This document shows, piece after piece, positions 9,332 to 20,134 of a stretch of 48,326 nucleotides of DNA. Made by a program: the position numbers and the translations under genes. The number at the start of each line of letters is the position of its first letter. Within the stretch, counting starts at the first letter, position 1. This stretch comes from a bacterium (GTDB taxonomy: Bacteria; Patescibacteriota; Minisyncoccia; Phycocordibacterales; DATDWN01), in the NCBI GenBank assembly GCA_037134875.1, contig JBAXLH010000006.1:1-48326 (forward strand), written 5' to 3'. The notes under the pieces are model-generated. The model was not told the DNA's origin. It saw only the letters and a list, made by a program, of their open reading frames with translations, and did not search any database.

Positions 9332-10537
9332 ATGATTTTTACATACAAAGCAATTACAGCGACAGGGGAGAAGACAGAGGGCACAATCGATGCTGTGAGT
9401 GTTGATGTTGCAATCAATCAGCTCCAAAAGCGCAGTCTCATTATTTCCGAAATTCATGCACCAGATGAAAACAGATTTAGAATAGACACACTCTCATTTT
9501 TCAATCGTATTTCTGGCAAGGATGTGGTGATTCTCTCGCGTCAAATGGCGACACTTTTCCAGGCGCAGGTTTCGGCGTTGCGTATTTTCCGCCTCATCGG
9601 TGGTCAAGTCGACAGTCCAGCTCTCAAAAAGGTACTTTTGGAAATAGCTGATGATATCCAAGGTGGAAGCTCTATTTCCACAGCTCTTTCCAAACATCCC
9701 GACGCATTTTCTGACTTTTACGTAAATATGGTAAAGGCGGGAGAGGAGTCTGGAAAGCTCGATGAGACATTCAACTATCTCGCGGACTATTTGGACAGAA
9801 CATACGAAGTCACATCAAAAGCAAAAAATGCTCTTATTTATCCAGCATTCGTTATTACGACTTTCATAGGAGTTATGATTCTGATGCTCACTGTTATTAT
9901 TCCAAAAATCAGCCTGATGCTCAAAGACAGTGGTCAGGAAGTGCCGATTTATACCAAGGCCGTACTAGCACTCAGTAGTTTGTTTGTAAACTACGGTGTA
10001 TTTTTGGCGATTGGTATCGTAGTTGCTGGATTTTTGCTCTGGAGATTTTCTAGAACGACTGAAGGTGGGATGACTCTGGACAAGTTGAAACTCGATACTC
10101 CATACATAGGGGATTTGTACCGCAAACTCTACCTCTCGCGTATTGCAGACAATATGAACACTATGATTATCAGCGGTATTCCTATTTTGCGTGCTTTGGA
10201 AATCACATCGTCCGTCGTTGACAACAAAGTCTACAAAATGATTTTGGATAGAACTCTCACAGAGGTCAAAGGTGGTAGCTCTCTCTCGGCATCATTCGGT
10301 ATTTATCCAGAAATTCCAGGTATTATGGTACAAATGATAAAAGTGGGAGAGGAAACCGGAGAAGTGGGTGAAATTCTCAAAACTCTCGCAAAATTCTACC
10401 AACGAGAAGTTTCTGTGGCGGTGGATACTCTGGTGGGTCTTATTGAGCCGGTTATGATTGTCTCTCTCGGTCTTGGAGTGGGTGTTTTGCTGGCTGCGGT
10501 GCTTATGCCGATCTATAACATCGCCGGCGCCGGATAA
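9332..10537 (+). CDS. pilC: Type IV pilus inner-membrane platform protein PilC/GspF
   Basis: F.YKA...G....G, GEESGKLD, ALIYP, GEETG, LIEP motifs; three TMs. Confidence 0.95.
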   Translation: MIFTYKAITATGEKTEGTIDAVSVDVAINQLQKRSLIISEIHAPDENRFRIDTLSFFNRISGKDVVILSRQMATLFQAQVSALRIFRLIGGQVDSPALKKVLLEIADDIQGGSSISTALSKHPDAFSDFYVNMVKAGEESGKLDETFNYLADYLDRTYEVTSKAKNALIYPAFVITTFIGVMILMLTVIIPKISLMLKDSGQEVPIYTKAVLALSSLFVNYGVFLAIGIVVAGFLLWRFSRTTEGGMTLDKLKLDTPYIGDLYRKLYLSRIADNMNTMIISGIPILRALEITSSVVDNKVYKMILDRTLTEVKGGSSLSASFGIYPEIPGIMVQMIKVGEETGEVGEILKTLAKFYQREVSVAVDTLVGLIEPVMIVSLGLGVGVLLAAVLMPIYNIAGAG

Positions 10538-10589
10538 AAAACTTCCAAATTTGGCGAACTCCTTCGTTGAACTTCAAAAAACGTGGTTT

Positions 10590-10709
10590 GACAAAACAAC
10601 ACAACATATGTTTTCTGAAAACAGAATATTCGCCTGCTGGCGAATTTCTTCGTGCTCGACCCGTCGGTCTGCGCAATGTTTCAGAAAACATATGTTGTAT
10701 TGTTTTGTC
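10590..10709 (-). repeat. Hairpin element copy 3 (31-bp arms, 1 mismatch)
   Basis: Arms 10590-10620/10679-10709; minus-strand core cattgcgcagaccgacgggtcgagcacgaagaaattcgccagcaggcgaatattctgt. Confidence 0.9.
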
Positions 10710-10728
10710 TCACAGTTAAAACCTTTTC

Positions 10729-10915
10729 CCTCACCGGACACTACTTTTCGAATCATTCGCAGGATTTTGGCTAAAATGTAAATGTTTTTTCCTAGCCGAA
10801 AGCGTTTACCCCTGTGCAACAAGGGGCGACCAACGGGAGTCCGCGATAGGCAGGAAAAAACATTTTTACATTTTACAAAAGACGAGGACGATTCGAAGAG
10901 TAGTATCCGGTGAGG
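10729..10915. other. ~190-bp nested inverted-repeat structure (candidate structured RNA or MITE-like element)
   Basis: Outer arms cctcaccggacactacttttcgaatc/gattcgaagagtagtatccggtgagg (24/26); inner arms taaaatgtaaatgttttttcct/aggaaaaaacatttttacatttta; GC-rich branched apex. Confidence 0.75.
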
Positions 10916-10920
10916 AGGTT

Positions 10921-10997
10921 ACCCAGTAGTAGATTTTGGCATTGTTCGGATTAAAATCCGAACGTGCAAAGCACAATGCCAAAATTCACTACTGGGT
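10921..10997. other. 77-bp hairpin with 25-bp arms and a two-hairpin apex
   Basis: acccagtagtagattttggcattgt/acaatgccaaaattcactactgggt (23/25); apex ttcggatt-aa-aatccgaa and gtgc-aaa-gcac. Confidence 0.75.
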
Positions 10998-11154
10998 TTA
11001 TCCACATCTCCACTTTTCACAAAAATCTCTATTGCCGTATAATATAGATATTCGTTTTAACAAAAACGGTTTGTGTCGAAAATGGGCGCAAACAGGTCGA
11101 GGTAAAAAATATTTAGTTATTAGTTTTAATAAAGTATTTAACAAAATATAAAAT

Positions 11155-11652
11155 ATGACAAAAAAGTTTAACAAAGGTTTTACACTTATTGAATTGCTCG
11201 TCGTTATTGCAATTATCGGTATTCTTTCATCAGTTGTTTTGGCATCGCTTAACACAGCACGAACAAAAGGTGCAAATGCAGCTATCAAGGGAGACTTGAA
11301 TGGTATTCGAGCTCAGGCAGAGTTGTTCTATGATAATCAGAGTCCTCAATCATATGGAACAGCATACGCTGCAGCAGCTTGTGCATCAGCAGGTGCAGGA
11401 ACAATATTTAACGATGCTAACATAAAGCAGGCTATTGCTCATGCTGTTACTCAAAATGGTGGAACAGATGGAACATGTTATTCAGACGCAACCCACTACG
11501 CTATTGCAGTCCTTCAAAAAGGAGGTGGAGCATGGTGTATAGACAACTCAGGTGTCTCACGAGAGAAAACATCAGGAGGTACAGCTTACTCAGCAGCTAC
11601 TCTTGGTGCTTCTCCAGCAGCAATTACTTCAGGTACGATTGCATGTAACTAA
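11155..11652 (+). CDS. pilA: Type IV major pilin (PilA-like)
   Basis: Class III signal KG|FTLIELLVVIAIIGILSSVVLASL, four Cys, Ala/Gly-rich; own terminator. Confidence 0.9.
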   Translation: MTKKFNKGFTLIELLVVIAIIGILSSVVLASLNTARTKGANAAIKGDLNGIRAQAELFYDNQSPQSYGTAYAAAACASAGAGTIFNDANIKQAIAHAVTQNGGTDGTCYSDATHYAIAVLQKGGGAWCIDNSGVSREKTSGGTAYSAATLGASPAAITSGTIACN

Positions 11653-11667
11653 TCACGAATTAGTTTC

Positions 11668-11705
11668 AAAACAAAAAGCCAGCCGAGAGGTTGGTTTTTT
11701 GTTTT
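11668..11705 (+). terminator. Intrinsic (possibly bidirectional) terminator after the major pilin
   Basis: aaaacaaaaagccagcc-gaga-ggttggttttttgtttt. Confidence 0.8.
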
Positions 11706-11751
11706 ACACAAGTGGGGCGTTTATTTGTTTTTGTTTTCACTGTATAATGTA

Positions 11752-12612
11752 ATGACTATGGATATACTATCTTTTATATACGTTTTCATTTTAGGGACTT
11801 TAATAGGTAGCTTTATAAACGTCGTGGCTTTGCGATACAAGACAGGCCTTTCGGCCACGTCTGGCAGATCGATTTGTTTCAACTGTGGTACACCACTCAA
11901 ATGGTACGAGCTCATTCCGCTCTTCAGCTTTCTTTTCCTGCGTGGCAGATGCCGAACGTGCAAGAGCAAGCTCTCGTGGCAGTATCCGATCATTGAATTT
12001 TTTACCGGTGTGATTTTTGTCGGCATCGTTCTCCGTCAGCTGTACTACTGGCCAGTTTATAGTGCGTTTGATTACGGTATATTCCTTTCAGTAGGTTTTT
12101 GTCTCTACTATGCCTTTGTATTCAGTCTACTTTTGGTCATTGTGCTCTATGATATTCGTCATACGATTATTCCAGACATAATGGCATACACGTTTATTGT
12201 GCTGAGTGTCATAAAGCTCGCCCTATTCTTTTTCCTCAAAGATTTTGTTTTGACTCGAATGGATCTCTTTGATCTCTCGGCGCCATTTGTGCTTTTTATA
12301 CCATTTGCGCTCCTCTGGCTACTGTCGCGGGGCAGGTGGATGGGGTTCGGCGATGCCAAGCTGGTGTTCGGTATTGGAGCACTCCTCGGTTTTGTCTCCG
12401 GTATCTCGGCGGTTATTCTGGCATTCTGGATCGGCGCTCTCTGGAGTATTTTCCTCATCATCCGTAGCAAGTTTTCTGACGAGTCTGGTACAAAAATCGG
12501 CCTACACTCCGAAGTTCCATTCGCACCATTTCTCATTGCCGGCACAATCATCGTCTTTTTCAGCCACATTGATGTAATGGGCCTCGGTACGCTTTTGAAT
12601 TCAATGTTTTAA
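11752..12612 (+). CDS. pilD: Prepilin peptidase PilD/ComC (A24)
   Basis: GSFINV, RSICFNC...CRTC Zn motif, YD and GFGDAKL catalytic Asp residues, VPFAPFL. Confidence 0.94.
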   Translation: MTMDILSFIYVFILGTLIGSFINVVALRYKTGLSATSGRSICFNCGTPLKWYELIPLFSFLFLRGRCRTCKSKLSWQYPIIEFFTGVIFVGIVLRQLYYWPVYSAFDYGIFLSVGFCLYYAFVFSLLLVIVLYDIRHTIIPDIMAYTFIVLSVIKLALFFFLKDFVLTRMDLFDLSAPFVLFIPFALLWLLSRGRWMGFGDAKLVFGIGALLGFVSGISAVILAFWIGALWSIFLIIRSKFSDESGTKIGLHSEVPFAPFLIAGTIIVFFSHIDVMGLGTLLNSMF

Positions 12613-12629
12613 AACAAAATTAAGAATGA

Positions 12630-12750
12630 TGATTTACCTCGCACACATATGTTTTTCAAAAACATTGCGAGCTCGACGGAGCGAACACGAGGAATTTTTC
12701 AGCAGAAAAATATCCGTTTTTTGAAAAACATATGTGTGTGAGGTAAGTCA
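12630..12750 (+). repeat. Hairpin element copy 4 (33-bp arms, 2 G-U positions), followed by a 3'-end remnant at 12758-12779
   Basis: Arms 12630-12662/12718-12750; core cattgcgagctcgacggagcgaacacgaggaatttttcagcagaaaaatatccgt. Confidence 0.92.
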
Positions 12751-12812
12751 GATAAGGAAAATTTATCCGTTTTTTGAAAAGTGTGTAATTACAAAATAAG
12801 TCCTGTGATAAA

Positions 12813-13427
12813 ATGATCACTTTCTACAAAAAAAGAAATAAAGGTTTTACACTCATAGAGCTGATGGTTTCTATTAGTGTCGCTGTGGCGATTATGATGG
12901 TGGTTCTTTTCAGCTATTCAAAATTTGATAACGATCTCGCGCTCGTAGGTGCGAGTCAGGAGGTAGCTGTGGCGATTCGCGAAGCGCAGGTGTATGGACT
13001 GAGTGTCAAAGAGCGCACGGCTGGTGGAGGAAACTTCAACATAGGTTACGGAATTTATTTTCATCCGAGTGATCCGACGAACTACTATGTATTTGCTGAC
13101 GAGGATAATGATGGAAAATACGATGGAGATAGTACGTGTAGTACAGCGAGTGAATGCATTGAAAAGGGGACATTGCGAAATGGTATCAAAATCTCGTCTG
13201 TCTGTGGTGTGACTGGAGGAACCACGAGGTGTTATCCATCGTCATGTATCGATGGGATGGCAGTTACATTTCTGAGGCCAAATCCTGATGCAAGTGTAAA
13301 TCTCATAAACGGCGGAGGAAATTTTTGTGGTTCTACGGAGGATACCGGCCAGATCATACTGTCGTCACCCCAAGGAAAAACACTGACAATATCAATTTCA
13401 AAAGCCGGACAGATTTCAGTGCAATAA
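12813..13427 (+). CDS. Minor pilin (FimT/FimU/GspH-like)
   Basis: KG|FTLIELMVSI class III signal; IREAQ..G; C-terminal ISKAGQI. Confidence 0.85.
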   Translation: MITFYKKRNKGFTLIELMVSISVAVAIMMVVLFSYSKFDNDLALVGASQEVAVAIREAQVYGLSVKERTAGGGNFNIGYGIYFHPSDPTNYYVFADEDNDGKYDGDSTCSTASECIEKGTLRNGIKISSVCGVTGGTTRCYPSSCIDGMAVTFLRPNPDASVNLINGGGNFCGSTEDTGQIILSSPQGKTLTISISKAGQISVQ

Positions 13428-13428
13428 A

Positions 13429-13986
13429 ATGGTAAAAACAGATTTTAAAAAAAATAAAGGGTTTACACTTGTCGAGCTGATGGTCTCTATATCGCTTTTT
13501 AGTATTGTGATGCTTATTAGTATGGGCTCCATAATGACAGTCTTGGATTCAAACAGAAAATCTCAGTCCCTCCGTGCTGTGATGGACAACCTCAACTTTA
13601 CACTAGAAAGTATGACGAGAAGTATTCGTTTCGGAGAAAAATATCATTGTGGAACGAGTGGTACACTGACAAATCCAAGTGATTGTCCGTCTGGTGATAC
13701 TAGTCTGACCCTTCTCGCACCACTGCCTAGTGGTACTACTGGTCTTGTCACATACAGGCTTTCAGCCGGAAAAATAGTCAAAACTGTTGGTGGGGTTGAT
13801 ATGGATCTCACGTCACTCGATGTGACGATTGATAGGCTAACATTTTATGTCCTCGGCTCTGCATCCAGTGACACGTATCAGCCAAGGGTGCTTATTGTTG
13901 TAAAGGGCCACTCGGGTACAAAAACATCAACGCAGACATCATTTACTCTGGAGACCACAATATCGCAAAGAAAATTTGATTATTAA
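13429..13986 (+). CDS. Minor pilin (PilW/GspJ-like)
   Basis: KG|FTLVELMVSI; LESMTRSIR. Confidence 0.85.
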   Translation: MVKTDFKKNKGFTLVELMVSISLFSIVMLISMGSIMTVLDSNRKSQSLRAVMDNLNFTLESMTRSIRFGEKYHCGTSGTLTNPSDCPSGDTSLTLLAPLPSGTTGLVTYRLSAGKIVKTVGGVDMDLTSLDVTIDRLTFYVLGSASSDTYQPRVLIVVKGHSGTKTSTQTSFTLETTISQRKFDY

Positions 13987-13987
13987 T

Positions 13988-14557
13988 ATGAAGATTCACT
14001 ATCAAAAAAGAAATACAGGGTTTACACTCATTGAAACACTTGTTGCGATTAGTATTTTGTCTATTTCTATTTTGGGTACATTTACTGCTGTACAGACGAG
14101 TCTCCAGTCGTCAGGATATGCAAAGGATCAGGTCACGGCATTTTATCTCGCTCAAGAGTCTATCGAATATTTGAGAAACAAACGAGACGAAAATGCGCTG
14201 AACAGCCTCAATTCTCTCGCTTCTGGTGGATCTGCTGTCGGTTGGCTTACTGGTATTTCTGCTGTGGCAACAGACCCATGTTATTTTGGAAAAGTATGTA
14301 CAGTGGATTCTCCGGGAGCTACTCTCTCGGCGTGTAGCGGTGCTCTCGGTAGTTGCCCTGTACTCAACCAAGACTCGGCAACAGGACTGTTTGGATACAA
14401 TGTTACGTGGACCCCGACTGATTTCAAGAGGGAAATTCAATTACAAACTGTCGCTGGCAATGCAAACGAAATTGTCGCGATTATTACTGTGAGCTGGCAG
14501 AGTGGTGCATTTTCAAAAACATTCCAAATCAGAGAGTCACTTTTCAATAACAGATAA
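13988..14557 (+). CDS. Minor pilin (PilV/GspI-like)
   Basis: TG|FTLIETLVAI; AFYLAQESIEYLR; ITVSW. Confidence 0.85.
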   Translation: MKIHYQKRNTGFTLIETLVAISILSISILGTFTAVQTSLQSSGYAKDQVTAFYLAQESIEYLRNKRDENALNSLNSLASGGSAVGWLTGISAVATDPCYFGKVCTVDSPGATLSACSGALGSCPVLNQDSATGLFGYNVTWTPTDFKREIQLQTVAGNANEIVAIITVSWQSGAFSKTFQIRESLFNNR

Positions 14558-14558
14558 T

Positions 14559-17058
<2,500 letters not shown>

Positions 17059-17109
17059 TTGACTAATTTTTCCCTTTGTGTTTATATACCCTAGGAATGA
17101 AAGGACTTA

Positions 17110-17691
17110 ATGTTTGCAAAAAGGGCGGTATATAATAAAGGGACAGAGTTCATCGACGGCTACGATTTCGAAAGATTTTGTGCCGGATTCGATGCGTCCT
17201 CTGTCGGTCTCAAATTGTATGGGACCGATGTAAAAAGATTTTCTTTCGAAGAGGCCCTTGTGAATTCCGTCCATTCGGCAGTCAGCCGAGGATGTACTCA
17301 CATAGGCCTGCGAGAAAGTGGGGGATTTTTTTATCGGGTGTATTGCGAAGTCAGGCAACAGCTCCCGAAACCCCTTCGTCGCAAGCTCCGGCTTGTGACC
17401 ACGCTGGGGACAGCCCTCGACTTTTTTTATGGAAGCGATTTTGTCTTCCTACTTAATAAGAGTTTCGTCTTGGTTGACGCGACTCTCCGAACGTTTGATG
17501 AGGGCAAACAGTCGGTGCGGGGCAACTATTCGTACCGCATCTTCACTCCTTATCAGACAGATCAGAAGGCCGTTGTTGCCTTGGCCAGAACAATCGCCCG
17601 CGACTTGCGGGACGGGGAGGAAAGTATACAAGATGAAGTCTTTTCACAAATAAAGGGATTGGTGTACAGCACCAAACCCAACAGTTCTTGA
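17110..17691 (+). CDS. Hypothetical protein (193 aa)
   Basis: Long ORF, upstream aagga SD-like site, GC above flanks, followed by a terminator. Confidence 0.6.
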   Translation: MFAKRAVYNKGTEFIDGYDFERFCAGFDASSVGLKLYGTDVKRFSFEEALVNSVHSAVSRGCTHIGLRESGGFFYRVYCEVRQQLPKPLRRKLRLVTTLGTALDFFYGSDFVFLLNKSFVLVDATLRTFDEGKQSVRGNYSYRIFTPYQTDQKAVVALARTIARDLRDGEESIQDEVFSQIKGLVYSTKPNSS

Positions 17692-17693
17692 TG

Positions 17694-17718
17694 CTCGCAG
17701 ATGTCCTCTGCGAGTTTT
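17694..17718 (+). terminator. Intrinsic terminator
   Basis: ctcgcaga-tgtcc-tctgcgag-tttt immediately after the stop codon. Confidence 0.7.
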
Positions 17719-17844
17719 AATTTTGCAAAAAATATGTTTAGTGGATGACTAGCATATTATTGTACATTTTTGAAAACAGAATATTCATTTAGAGTGCCCC
17801 CTACCTCATATTATTTTGCTTTCTGGAAACGGATAAATGTTTTC

Positions 17845-17966
17845 AATGAACCACACAATAGTATATATTTTTGAAAACAGAATATTCGCCTGCTGGCGAA
17901 TTTCTTCGTGCTCGGCCCGTCAGCCTGCACAATGTTTCAAAAATATATACTATTGTGTGATTCATT
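17845..17966 (-). repeat. Hairpin element copy 5 (32-bp arms, 1 mismatch), with remnants at 17766-17786 and 17826-17838
   Basis: Arms 17845-17876/17935-17966; core nearly identical to copy 3, with ggct-GACG-ggcc. Confidence 0.9.
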
Positions 17967-18061
17967 TCCATATGATTTTTTTCGGCTCTGTTAAAAAACG
18001 GCTTAAAATATGGATAAAATACAGGTGCTGGGTGGGGAAGTGAGTGGAAATGGAAAAGTAC

Positions 18062-18089
18062 TTGACAAATAAAACAAAGGGTGTATAAT
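18062..18089 (+). promoter_or_regulatory. Consensus sigma70 promoter
   Basis: TTGACA-N16-TATAAT. Confidence 0.8.
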
Positions 18090-18159
18090 GTTTATTAGAG
18101 TGGTTGTCATACCACTACTTCAAATAAGACTCCCCGTTGCGGGAGTACAGGAGAAAAAA

Positions 18160-19098
18160 ATGAGTTTCTTGAATCTGCTGAACGTGGGCATCATCAAGGC
18201 CCAGGACGCCCTCAAAGGGGATACCAGCGAGAAGGTCGCGGCGATCCGCAAGGCCAATCAGGAGAAAGCGGCTATCGAGGCTGCCAACATCCTGAAGCAG
18301 GTCACGGCGGGCACCACCCGCCTGGCCGACGTGAAGACGTCGACCGAGACGATTATGCGCGCGTTGTTCGGGCTCGTTGCCGCCAACGTGGCGGCCGTCT
18401 TGGCCTTCGTGGCCAAATTCCCCAACAGGTTGTACGTGGGGAACATCCCGGAGGTCGTGAAGACCACCGGGAAACGCGACGAGCTCGGCGCCATCTACCT
18501 CGGGCGCGTGCTGTCGCCGGAATTCGGACCCACGTGGGTCCGTCCGGACTGGCTCGAGGAAGGGGAAGATGACGCGAACGAGTTTTGGTTCGCGGTCAGC
18601 TCGCTGTTCGCCGCCATGCTCGGCGCAGGAGCCGAGCCACGGCAGTTCCGCTTCGTGGCGGGTGCGCTGGAAACGGCGTACGCCGATCGGCTCGCTTCGG
18701 CGACCGACCAGAGACTCTGGAAGCTCCTGGAGGCGGTGCGGAACACCGGGACGTACCACGTCCCCGGCGACAACCCGCACCAGCAACACGCCCCGGCCGC
18801 CAACGGCAAGGGCCACGGCCACAACAACGGCCAGCAACAGCGCCGTCGGGATGTGCCGAACGTTCCGGAGCGGCATTTCGCTCCGGAATGCTCGCGGCCC
18901 CCGGCCTCCGAGGCCAGCGCCTCCGAAGTGGAGGCCTACCGCGCCGGGCTCAACGCGGCGCACGCGGCCAAGGCTCCGCTCGCCGAGCACCTGGCGACCA
19001 AGGGTGTGACGGTCAACGTGACCGTCGCGCCCCCGCCGAAGAAGGTCCGGAAGCCCCGCTCCAAGAAGGAGACGGCGACCGAAACCGCGGCGCAGTAG
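18160..19098 (+). CDS. GC-rich ORFan (312 aa) with low-complexity, basic C-terminus
   Basis: AGGAG SD at 18149-18153, ATG 18160, G/C-ending codons in this frame, own promoter and terminator. Confidence 0.75.
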   Translation: MSFLNLLNVGIIKAQDALKGDTSEKVAAIRKANQEKAAIEAANILKQVTAGTTRLADVKTSTETIMRALFGLVAANVAAVLAFVAKFPNRLYVGNIPEVVKTTGKRDELGAIYLGRVLSPEFGPTWVRPDWLEEGEDDANEFWFAVSSLFAAMLGAGAEPRQFRFVAGALETAYADRLASATDQRLWKLLEAVRNTGTYHVPGDNPHQQHAPAANGKGHGHNNGQQQRRRDVPNVPERHFAPECSRPPASEASASEVEAYRAGLNAAHAAKAPLAEHLATKGVTVNVTVAPPPKKVRKPRSKKETATETAAQ

Positions 19099-19160
19099 TA
19101 CTTTTAGCGGGTTGAGACCCCCAAAAAAATCTCATCCTCAGGTTACCAACCTCAGGCCCC

Positions 19161-19189
19161 GGCCCCACGCAATGTGGGGCCTTTTCTTT
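19161..19189 (+). terminator. Intrinsic terminator
   Basis: ggccccac-gcaat-gtggggcc-ttttcttt. Confidence 0.85.
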
Positions 19190-19200
19190 ACCTAAAATAT

Positions 19201-19228
19201 TTGACAGGTGTTTTTTTAGGTATATAAT
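19201..19228 (+). promoter_or_regulatory. Consensus sigma70 promoter with no downstream sense gene
   Basis: TTGACA-N16-TATAAT; -35 bracketed by acctaaaa/ttttaggt inverted repeat. Confidence 0.65.
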
Positions 19229-19245
19229 GATGTGTATCACTATGA

Positions 19246-19290
19246 GAAAGACCCTTGTGCAGATTCGTCTGCATTGGGGGCTTTTTCTTT
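19246..19290. terminator. Hairpin with TTCG loop, likely bidirectional terminator at the NYN gene 3' end
   Basis: gaaagacccttgtgcaga-ttcg-tctgcattgggggctttttc. Confidence 0.6.
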
Positions 19291-19772
19291 TATATCCTCT
19301 TTGAAAATTTATGATAATGGTCGTTCAAGAATGTTATTTCAACATTCTTGTTTCTTAAAAGAAAAGAACATCTATTTGTATCAGGAGCTACGATTCGGTT
19401 TAATGATTTATTTTCTTGCAGAAACTCCACAAGACATCCAAAATCTCCATCTCCGGTCACTAATATGCAAGAATCAAAAGCTTTTGTATAAAAATCAGAA
19501 GTAGCTTTTAGTACCAACTCTGCATCACAATTTCCTTTAATTTTTTCCCCGACTGATACTGTTTGTTTGAAAACTAGAATAAATCCTGATTTCTGCAAAT
19601 GTTCATAAAATTTGCCTCTTTCTGGGACAAGACCAATAAAAAGATATACAAATTGAGGATTATATTTTTGTCTGAGCCATCCACGAAATTTTTTATAATC
19701 AATTTCAAATCCCAGTTCTTTGGCTCCCCGATAGAGGTTATTTCCATCAATATAAATATTGATTTTAGACAT
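19290..19772 (-). CDS. NYN domain (LabA/DUF88, PIN-fold) nuclease
   Basis: IYIDGNNL, KGNCDAEL, LVTGDGDF acidic motifs; start at ATG 19772 (MSKINIY). Confidence 0.9.
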   Translation of the reverse strand: MSKINIYIDGNNLYRGAKELGFEIDYKKFRGWLRQKYNPQFVYLFIGLVPERGKFYEHLQKSGFILVFKQTVSVGEKIKGNCDAELVLKATSDFYTKAFDSCILVTGDGDFGCLVEFLQENKSLNRIVAPDTNRCSFLLRNKNVEITFLNDHYHKFSKRI

Positions 19773-19838
19773 ACTAAAGATAATATCATATAATTTGAAA
19801 ATTTTGAAAAAAAAATTTATACTGTATAATACTTTTAT

Positions 19839-20129
19839 ATGATCAAACAACGAAATACATTTTTGCTCGGCATTTTCATTTTGCTCATCTGGGTGTTTTT
19901 CGGTATTCCGACATCGTGGAAAATATTTTTCACTATTCTCTCCGGTCTCTACCTCATATTTATTTCCGTCAAAATTTCTTTCCCTAAAAAAGGAATCGTA
20001 AAGCGTGCACGCAAAAAAGAAAAGACAACTCCAGTTTTTACCGAGAATTCTCCAATAGAAACAGAGACAAAAAGCATTGATGACAGTCAACACAGAGGCG
20101 ACTCAAATGGATTTGGCTCTGTACAATAG
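19839..20129 (+). CDS. Small two-TM membrane protein
   Basis: Two hydrophobic segments with FFGIPTSWK loop and basic tail; TATAAT 8 nt upstream. Confidence 0.75.
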   Translation: MIKQRNTFLLGIFILLIWVFFGIPTSWKIFFTILSGLYLIFISVKISFPKKGIVKRARKKEKTTPVFTENSPIETETKSIDDSQHRGDSNGFGSVQ

Positions 20130-20134
20130 TACAA

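Noticed and set aside
10458-10822. Short ORFs sharing peptides such as ENRIFACWRISSCS (also 17837-18043, 21373-21624, 4084-4287)
   Set aside because: The similarity is just translation of the repeat core; synonymous-style conservation is absent while base pairing is conserved.
10729-10915. tRNA, tmRNA or riboswitch call for the large intergenic structure
   Set aside because: No T-loop GTTCRA/cloverleaf, tag reading frame or riboswitch consensus was recognised; kept only as an unnamed structure.
18115-19115. Long overlapping ORFs 18115-18990 (-), 18569-19009 (+), 18585-19115 (+)
   Set aside because: Shadow ORFs caused by stop-codon scarcity in high-GC DNA; promoter, SD and terminator support only the 18160-19098 frame.
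19773-20093. 107-aa N-terminal extension of the NYN ORF
   Set aside because: It overlaps the plus-strand membrane protein gene; the NYN motif starts right after ATG 19772.
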